A stretch of DNA of 64,000 nucleotides, taken from Gemmatimonadales bacterium. GTDB lineage: Bacteria; Gemmatimonadota; Gemmatimonadetes; Gemmatimonadales; GWC2-71-9. The notes below the pieces were generated by a model, which was not told the DNA's origin, did no database searches, and saw only the letters and a list, made by a program, of their open reading frames with translations. Location of the stretch: assembly GCA_035602245.1 (NCBI GenBank), contig DATNMO010000059.1:91062-155061 (forward strand). The letters are read 5' to 3'. The position numbers and the translations under genes were made by a program. Numbering within the stretch: position 1 is the stretch's first letter; the number at the start of each line of letters is the position of its first letter. This document shows positions 57,898-64,000 of the stretch, one piece after another.

Positions 57898-59031
57898 GTG
57901 CCGCCCGCTTACCGCCTCCTCGCTCCCGCCGCGTTGTGGATTCTTGCCGCCTGCACTTCACGCGCCGCCCAGCCGCCGTCCAAGGTGCCCGTCACCGTCG
58001 CCCGAGTCGAACGCCGCGCCGTGCCCTATGAGCTGGGCGCCACCGGCACCGTGGAGCCGCTGCGCAGCGTGGACGTGCTGCCCCAGGTCAACGGCACGAT
58101 TCTGCGCGTGCATTTCGCCGAGGGCGATGAAGTCGTAGCGGGACAGGTCCTGTTCGAGGTCGATCCCCGCCCCTACCAGGCAGCCGCGCAGCAAGCCGAC
58201 GCGAATCTGCTGCGCGATCTGACGCAGGCCGAGGGCGCAGCGCGCGAAGCGGCGCGCTACCGCACGCTGGCGGCGAGCAATGCGGTCACCCAGGGGGAGT
58301 ACGAGCAGAGGCAATCTGCAGCCGATGCGCTCGCGGCCACCGTCCGCGCCGACTCGGCGGCGGCGGCGTTGGCCCGCTTGAATCTCGAGTACGCGACGGT
58401 CCGGGCGCCGATCAGCGGCCGCACGGGCCGTCTCGCGCTGCACGAAGGCAACGTGGTGCGCTCAGGCGGCGCGTCCCTCATCACCATCAATCAGCTGCGA
58501 CCGATTCTGGTGCGTTTCGCCGTGCCCGCCGTCAACCTGCCCGCGGTCCGCCGCTTGGTCGCGGGGTCGGTCCCCGCACCGGCGGTGTTCGCCAGTGCCG
58601 CCCGGGACTCAGCGACCGCCGTGCGCGGCGAGCTTTCATTTTTGGATAATCAGGTCGATACGGCGACCGGCACCGTGTTGTTGAAGGCGAGGTTCGCGAA
58701 CCGGGATGGCGCGCTGTGGCCCGGAGAGTTCCTCAACGTCACGCTGGTGCTTGGCGTACAGGCCGACGCGCTGGTCGTGCCCGCCCAGGCGGTGATGACC
58801 GGCCAGCAGGGCAGCTATGTCTACGTCGTGAACGGCGATGGCTCGGCGACACAGCAGGCCGTCACCGTGGAGCGCACGCTGGACAGCCTTGCCGTCGTCG
58901 CCGGCGTGCCGGCCGGTACGTTGGTCGTGACGGACGGCCAGCTGCGACTCACACCGAACGCCCGGGTGGACATACGTGGCCCGACGTCCGAAAGCGCTGG
59001 GGGCACGACGGCCGGGGAGGCCGTGCGGTGA
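57898..59031 (+). CDS. efflux RND transporter periplasmic adaptor subunit (membrane fusion protein)
   Basis: Lipoprotein-like N-terminus (LAAC). Biotinyl/lipoyl-like hairpin motifs VEPLRSVDVLPQVNGTI and LFEVDPRPYQAA, then RAPISGRTG. Confidence 0.9.
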   Translation: MPPAYRLLAPAALWILAACTSRAAQPPSKVPVTVARVERRAVPYELGATGTVEPLRSVDVLPQVNGTILRVHFAEGDEVVAGQVLFEVDPRPYQAAAQQADANLLRDLTQAEGAAREAARYRTLAASNAVTQGEYEQRQSAADALAATVRADSAAAALARLNLEYATVRAPISGRTGRLALHEGNVVRSGGASLITINQLRPILVRFAVPAVNLPAVRRLVAGSVPAPAVFASAARDSATAVRGELSFLDNQVDTATGTVLLKARFANRDGALWPGEFLNVTLVLGVQADALVVPAQAVMTGQQGSYVYVVNGDGSATQQAVTVERTLDSLAVVAGVPAGTLVVTDGQLRLTPNARVDIRGPTSESAGGTTAGEAVR

Positions 59032-62000
59032 GCATCTCGGGCCTGTTCATTCGCCGGCCCGTCACGACGACGCTCGTGATGTTGGGCATCCTGATGTTCG
59101 GGCTCATGGCCTACCGGCTCCTGCCCGTGAGCGACCTCCCGAATGTGGACTACCCCACGATCACCGTGTCCGCGTCGCTCCCGGGCGCGAGTCCCCAGAC
59201 GATGGCGGCCGCGGTCGCGACGCCGCTCGAGAAGCAGTTCTCGACCATCGCGGGCCTCGACGGCATGACGTCTTCGAGCTCGCTCGGAAATACGTCCGTG
59301 ACGTTGCAGTTCACTCTGTCGCGCGACATCGACGCCGCTGCGCAGGATGTGCAAGCTGCGATCTCCAAGACCCTGCGGCAGCTGCCACCGGGCATCCAGC
59401 CGCCGTCGTATCAGAAGGTGAACCCCGCGGACTCGCCGATCCTCTATTTGGCGCTCACGTCCAACACGTTATCGCTCCCCGCGCTCGACGAGTACGCCGA
59501 GACGTTCCTCGCGCAGCGGCTCTCGACGGTGAGCGGCGTCGCGCAAGTGCAGGTCAACGGCTCCCAGAAATACGCGGTCCGCATCCAGGTAGACCCGAAG
59601 GCCCTCGCCGCCCGCGGCATCGGGTTGGACGAGGTGACCGCGGCGATTTCCAGCGGCAATCCCAATCTGCCGACTGGCACGTTGTGGGGCCCGCAGCGGA
59701 CGTATACGTTGCTCGCCGACGGCCAGATCACCAGCGCGCCCGAATTCCGCCGCCTCGCCGTCACCTATCAGCACGGCGCGCCGGTCCGGCTGCAGGACGT
59801 CGCGCGGGTGCTGGACGACGTGCAGGACGCCCGCAACGCGAGCTGGTTCGACGGGACCCGGTCCATCATCCTCCAGATTCAGCGGCAGCCGGGGACGAAC
59901 ACCGTGCAGGTCGCCGACGCCGTCAAACAGATGGTCGCGGCGCTGGCGCCGCAGCTCCCCGCGGCGGTCCAGATCAATACGCTGTACGACCGCTCGACGT
60001 CCATTCGCCAGTCGTCGCACGACGTGCAGGTGACGCTGCTCATCACGCTGTGCCTCGTCGTGATGGTGATCTTTCTGTTCCTACGAAACCTCTCCGCGAC
60101 GGTGATTCCGAGCCTCGCCCTGCCGTTCTCGATCATCGGCACGTTCTCGGCGATGTATCTCCTCGGGTACAGTCTGGACAACCTGTCGCTGATGGCGCTC
60201 ACGCTGTGCGTCGGGTTCGTCGTGGACGACGCGATCGTCATGCTCGAGAACATCGTCCGCCACCTCGAGATGGGAAAGCCGCCGCTCGCCGCGGCGCTCG
60301 ACGGCGCCCGCGAGATCGCCTTCACGATCGTGTCGATGACGCTGTCGCTGACCGCGGTGTTCATTCCGGTGCTGCTCATGGGCGGCGTGGTCGGTCGCCT
60401 GTTCCACGAGTTCGCGGTCACGATCGGGATCGCGATTCTGGTTTCCGGATTCGTCTCGCTGACTCTTACGCCGATGCTGTGCAGCCGCTTCCTGCGCCCG
60501 CCCAAAGAGGAGCGTCACGGCCGCTGGTACGAAGCCAGCGAGCGCGTGTACCGCCGCGTGCTCGGCTTCTACGAGCGCTCGCTCGGATGGGTCATGGACC
60601 ACCGGCCGGCGACCCTCGTATTCTCGGCCCTGATCCTCGTCGCCACGATCGGCATGTTCCTGCTCGTCCCCAAGGGGTTCATCCCAACCGAAGACACCGG
60701 CCAGATCACCGGCACAACCGAAACGCTGGAAGGAAGCTCATTCGAGGCGATGCGGGAGCATCAGCTCGCCGTGGCCGACGTGCTGCGTCGCGATCCCTAC
60801 GTGGTCCACTTCATGTCGTCGATCGGCGGCGGCACCATGAACCAGGGCCGCGTGAGCATCCGCTTGACGCCCCGCGGGCAGCGCCCCAGTGCCGACGCGG
60901 TGATCCGCGAGCTCAACCCCAAGCTCAACGCGATTCCCGGGATCCGGACCTACCTCCAGGTGCCGCCGGTGATCCGGATCGGCGGGCGCACGACCAAGAC
61001 GCAGTATCAGTTCACGCTGCAGAGCGCCGATATCGAAGCGCTGTACGCCAACGCCGCGAAGCTGGAGGCGCAGCTGCGGCGGATTCCCAGCCTCCAGGAC
61101 GTCACGACCGATTTGCAGATCAAGAACCCGCAGGTGAGCGTGCAGATCGACCGGGACCGGGCCGCGAGTGTCGGCATCACGGTGCAGCAAATTGAGCAGG
61201 CACTGTACGACGCCTACGGTTCCCGTCAGGTTTCGACCATCTACACGCCCAACAATCAATACTGGGTGATTCTCGAGTTGCTCCCCGAGTACCAGCGCGA
61301 CCCCGCGGCGCTGCAGCTCCTCTACCTCCGCTCGCAGCGAGGCACGCTGGTACCGCTGTCGACGGTCGCGTCGGCCACGCCCGACGTCGGTCCGCTAAGC
61401 GTCAACCACAGCGGGCAGCTGCCGTCCGTGACGCTGTCGTTCAATCTTCCGCCGAACGTCCCGCTGAGCGCTGCGGTGCGTGACGTGGAGCGCGCGGCCC
61501 GACAGACACTGCCGGCCACGATCAGTACCGGGTTCTCGGGCACCGCGCAGGCGTTCCAGGCGAGTCAGCAAGGCCTGGCCTTCCTGCTGCTCTTGGCCGT
61601 CGTCGTCATTTATATCGTGCTGGGGATTCTGTACGAGAGCTTCGTCCACCCGCTCACGATCCTCTCCGGCCTTCCGTTTGCCGGATTCGGCGCGCTGCTC
61701 ACGCTGCTCGTGTTCCGCACGGAGCTCAGCGTGTACGCGTTCGTGGGGGTGATCATGCTGGTGGGCCTGGTCAAGAAGAACGCCATCATGATGATCGACT
61801 TCGCGTTGGAAGCGGAGCGTCGCGAGGGCAAGACGGCCCGCGCCGCGATCATCGAAGCGTGCAGCGTGCGGTTCCGGCCGATCATGATGACGACAATGGC
61901 GGCGCTGATCGGTACGCTCCCGATCGCCATTGGCTGGGGGTCGGGCGCAGAATCGCGCCGGCCGCTGGGACTCGCCGTGGTGGGGGGATTGGCGTTCTCT

Positions 62001-62123
62001 CAGCTGGTAACACTCTACGTGACGCCGGTCTTCTACACCTACCTCGACGCGGTGCAACGGCGGCTGAGCCGGCGCGCGGCGCGCGCCGCCACTCCGTTCC
62101 CCGAGCCTACGCCGGCCGACTGA
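59028..62123 (+). CDS. efflux RND transporter permease subunit (AcrB/HAE1 type)
   Basis: GTG 59028 forms a GTGA overlap with the adaptor stop. The product begins (M)SISGLFIRRPVTTTLVMLGILMFG and has the 12-TM AcrB architecture, including VGFVVDDAIVMLENI and GLVKKNAIMMIDFA. Confidence 0.95.
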   Translation: MSISGLFIRRPVTTTLVMLGILMFGLMAYRLLPVSDLPNVDYPTITVSASLPGASPQTMAAAVATPLEKQFSTIAGLDGMTSSSSLGNTSVTLQFTLSRDIDAAAQDVQAAISKTLRQLPPGIQPPSYQKVNPADSPILYLALTSNTLSLPALDEYAETFLAQRLSTVSGVAQVQVNGSQKYAVRIQVDPKALAARGIGLDEVTAAISSGNPNLPTGTLWGPQRTYTLLADGQITSAPEFRRLAVTYQHGAPVRLQDVARVLDDVQDARNASWFDGTRSIILQIQRQPGTNTVQVADAVKQMVAALAPQLPAAVQINTLYDRSTSIRQSSHDVQVTLLITLCLVVMVIFLFLRNLSATVIPSLALPFSIIGTFSAMYLLGYSLDNLSLMALTLCVGFVVDDAIVMLENIVRHLEMGKPPLAAALDGAREIAFTIVSMTLSLTAVFIPVLLMGGVVGRLFHEFAVTIGIAILVSGFVSLTLTPMLCSRFLRPPKEERHGRWYEASERVYRRVLGFYERSLGWVMDHRPATLVFSALILVATIGMFLLVPKGFIPTEDTGQITGTTETLEGSSFEAMREHQLAVADVLRRDPYVVHFMSSIGGGTMNQGRVSIRLTPRGQRPSADAVIRELNPKLNAIPGIRTYLQVPPVIRIGGRTTKTQYQFTLQSADIEALYANAAKLEAQLRRIPSLQDVTTDLQIKNPQVSVQIDRDRAASVGITVQQIEQALYDAYGSRQVSTIYTPNNQYWVILELLPEYQRDPAALQLLYLRSQRGTLVPLSTVASATPDVGPLSVNHSGQLPSVTLSFNLPPNVPLSAAVRDVERAARQTLPATISTGFSGTAQAFQASQQGLAFLLLLAVVVIYIVLGILYESFVHPLTILSGLPFAGFGALLTLLVFRTELSVYAFVGVIMLVGLVKKNAIMMIDFALEAERREGKTARAAIIEACSVRFRPIMMTTMAALIGTLPIAIGWGSGAESRRPLGLAVVGGLAFSQLVTLYVTPVFYTYLDAVQRRLSRRAARAATPFPEPTPAD

Positions 62124-62137
62124 GCGTTATTGCAATG

Positions 62138-63295
62138 TCACGCGGACTTTGCGATGGCTACCTTGGCCAAGGGCAGATCGATCGTGAACACGCAACCCGA
62201 ACCCGGCTTGTCGCGCGCGGACAGCTTGCCGCGGTTCGCCTCAACGCCCTTCCGGCTAATCGAGAGCCCCAGCCCGAGACCGGTCCGATCTCCGCTGTGC
62301 TGCGCGAACGGCTTGAACAGGTCTTCGACATCCCCCGCCGGCAGACCGCCGCAACCATCCGCGACCTCGATCAGGACACGATCGCCGGAGGAGCGCACGC
62401 TCACCGTGATTTTGCCGCCCTTGTCCCTGGGCGTGAACTTGACGGCGTTCTGCAAGAGATTGGAGAGTGCGGACGCAAGCGTGTGCGGGTCGCCGTCAAC
62501 CTTGAGGCTGGGGTCGCCGGGCTTGACGGTGAGTGTGATCCCTCTGGAAGCAGCCTCCATGACAGCGAAAACCTGGACCTCTTCGATCAGGTCGGCGATC
62601 GCGATACGTTTTGGTTGCGGCGAGAGCCCCGCGCCCAGGCGGACCTCGGCGAACGAGCGATCGAGGATGTCGCGCATGGCGATCAAGCTGCGATCGAGGA
62701 CTGCGCCGGTGGCGCCGGCAATGCCCACCGTGCCCCGCTTGATGGCCTCGATGGCGAGCCCGGCCGCATTGAGCTTGCCGCGCAACTCGTGCGCGAGAAA
62801 GCCGAGACGCTCATTGGTGTCCTGCGCGGCGCGATTCGTGATGGACTGCTCGCGATGGCTCCCGAACTGCGTGACGGCGTCGGCAATGGCGTTGTCGAGG
62901 CAGCGGTTGAGCGTGCGGAACTCCGTCGCGGCGATCGGCGCCCCTTTCTCCACGGCGAGATCGGTGACGGCCTGGCAGAGATCCCCATAGTCGTGCACGA
63001 CCTGATCGACCGTGAATCCCTTCCTGTGCAGCTCCTCGCCGTGCTCCGCGGCGCTCTCACCGATCTCAGTCGAAGCGGGGCTGGCGCCGGGCTCAGACGT
63101 CCCGGAAACCTTGCCGCTCCCCGCTAGATCGGACGCCGCTTCCATTTTCAGTGTCTTGATGATTTGACTCAGGAAGAGCGGAATGCCGAACTTCAGCTCG
63201 GCCGAGGTGGGCGGGGGACTGGGTCGCTTGGCCACCTTCGCCTGGCAACGCGCGATCAAGTCGGGCTTATTGTCGGTGAGGAATTCGTGGAGCAT
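62138..63295 (-). CDS. cytoplasmic sensor histidine kinase (HisKA plus HATPase_c), orphan
   Basis: No TM segment. The H-box is LGFLAHELRGKLNAA, the N-box LLQNAVKFT, G1 DGCGGLP and G2 GLGLGLSI. The helical N-terminal sensor region resembles RsbRD-N-like domains. Confidence 0.9.
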   Translation of the reverse strand: MLHEFLTDNKPDLIARCQAKVAKRPSPPPTSAELKFGIPLFLSQIIKTLKMEAASDLAGSGKVSGTSEPGASPASTEIGESAAEHGEELHRKGFTVDQVVHDYGDLCQAVTDLAVEKGAPIAATEFRTLNRCLDNAIADAVTQFGSHREQSITNRAAQDTNERLGFLAHELRGKLNAAGLAIEAIKRGTVGIAGATGAVLDRSLIAMRDILDRSFAEVRLGAGLSPQPKRIAIADLIEEVQVFAVMEAASRGITLTVKPGDPSLKVDGDPHTLASALSNLLQNAVKFTPRDKGGKITVSVRSSGDRVLIEVADGCGGLPAGDVEDLFKPFAQHSGDRTGLGLGLSISRKGVEANRGKLSARDKPGSGCVFTIDLPLAKVAIAKSA

Positions 63296-63431
63296 AACCT
63301 CTCCTGCGTTGAGTACGTTAAGGCCTCATCAAGCCCCTTAACTTGCGCAGGGCGCACCACGTTTGCATCGGCCCGCTTAACTAGATCGAAGGGGTTAGGC
63401 GAAGACCCCCCTCCCAACGGGGAGAGGGGGT

Positions 63432-63466
63432 CAGGGGTGAGAGCAGGGGTGAGAGCAGGGTGAGAC
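63432..63466. repeat. short tandem repeat (CAGGGGTGAGAG x2 plus a degenerate third copy)
   Basis: Copy 1 is 63432-63443 and copy 2 is 63444-63455, and they are identical. Copy 3 (63456-63466, CAGGGTGAGAC) is imperfect. The array abuts the stop codon of the partial OM barrel gene. Confidence 0.6.
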
Positions 63467-64000
63467 TAACGCAGCCCGACCGTCACGCCGAGTTGATAGA
63501 TCATGACATTTGCGTCGCTCTCGATCGGCGTTATGACCGTCGAGCCGCCGGAGAGCGACCGCGCCGGCAGGTAGGTGACCCGCCCATTGTGCAGATAGCG
63601 GGCGCCGAGATCGAGTAGCACCGGCGTGTGACCGCGCCCCATCCGGATTTGCAATCCGCCGCCCGCTTCCCACGCCGCCGTGACGTCGTCGTACTGCGTG
63701 ACGCTGCCGAAGCTGTCGCAGCCGCAGCCGGCCGCCGACGTTTCGGTGGCGAAATACGAAAGTCCGCCAAGCCCAAACCCGTACAAGCGCAGTGCTCCCT
63801 GTCCAACAGTGAGCTGAGGGCCGGCGCGCAGCGACGCGATGTAGGACGTCGTCTTGAGATCGACGGGAATCGAGTAGTAGGAACTGCTCACGTAGCCGGC
63901 GTCGCGCACGTGGTCATAGATGAGAAATGACCCATCGAGACGCAGCGATAACGCCCCCGAGCGGTCGAGGCTGAGCGCGCCGAACATATCGAAGCCGCCA
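63466..64000 (-). CDS. outer-membrane beta-barrel-like protein, C-terminal part (5' end outside the window)
   Basis: The ORF is open to the window edge. It shows alternating aromatic/hydrophobic strands rich in G/S/Y (..GLGGLSYFATE.., ..AWEAGGGLQIRMG.., ..MIYQLGVTVGLR). I recognised no specific family. Confidence 0.5.
   Translation of the reverse strand, partial: GGFDMFGALSLDRSGALSLRLDGSFLIYDHVRDAGYVSSSYYSIPVDLKTTSYIASLRAGPQLTVGQGALRLYGFGLGGLSYFATETSAAGCGCDSFGSVTQYDDVTAAWEAGGGLQIRMGRGHTPVLLDLGARYLHNGRVTYLPARSLSGGSTVITPIESDANVMIYQLGVTVGLR

Noticed and set aside
58976-61195. A 739-aa ORF in an alternative plus-strand frame inside the RND permease gene.
   Set aside because: Its composition is extreme in Arg/Pro/Gly/Asp and it has no TM segments or motifs. 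The overlapping frame encodes a textbook AcrB-type protein.
63432-63466. The tandem 12-mer considered as a possible CRISPR or minisatellite locus.
   Set aside because: It has only 2.9 directly abutting copies, no spacers and no cas genes in the window. I kept it as a minor repeat feature.

Overview
GC-rich (about two-thirds G+C by eye, not computed) bacterial chromosomal segment that is almost entirely coding. I support about 57 protein genes. I found no rRNA, tRNA, CRISPR array, transposase or integrase.

Genes sit in long same-strand runs whose stop and start codons mostly overlap by 1-4 nt (ATGA/GTGA):
- Plus run 1-14813: rplI', rsfS, a peptidase/PD40/Omp85 fusion, two SPOR proteins, smc, an S8 protease, an MBL hydrolase, DAHP synthase, lolA-like.
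- Minus run 20306-14770: rpmE, prfA, prmC, ylbF-like, tmk, an S41 protease, a DUF2520-type protein.
- Plus run 20427-27100: crp-family regulator, MBL hydrolase, CsgG/LpoB-like lipoprotein, MlaE, a motif-dead MlaF-like protein, MlaD, a GAF/HD-GYP protein.
- Minus run 40168-27081 (12 genes): lepB, sigA, yajQ, rimO, hemL, spoIID, an OM protein, a Gfo/Idh/MocA oxidoreductase, lnt, hyuA, hyuB, tauE-like.
- Two convergent aldehyde dehydrogenases.
- Minus run 47607-42226: larE-like, thpR, hypothetical, sigma-54 response regulator, membrane protein, ALDH.
- Plus run 47767-51912: an Lrp-led six-gene cassette, followed by a Kef-type antiporter coupled to a Ser/Thr kinase, then a Bor-like lipoprotein.
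- comM/yifB, an RND efflux pair, an orphan cytoplasmic histidine kinase, and a partial OM barrel gene.

Gene content and protein signatures (short SigA, T9SS/FlgD-Ig-like C-terminal domain, many SPOR and PD40 modules) suggest a Gemmatimonadota or FCB-group organism. That placement is inference only.

No obvious defence or mobile island is present. The most unusual items are:
1. An ABC ATPase-like protein inside an Mla-type operon with every catalytic motif substituted.
2. A degenerate P-loop/TM/SPOR protein translationally coupled to smc.
3. A protease-propeller-Omp85 fusion.
4. An Lrp-led, translationally coupled decarboxylase cassette.
5. thpR and mlaE homologues whose conserved N-termini lack a canonical start codon.

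All functional calls come from motif recognition by eye. No database search was run.
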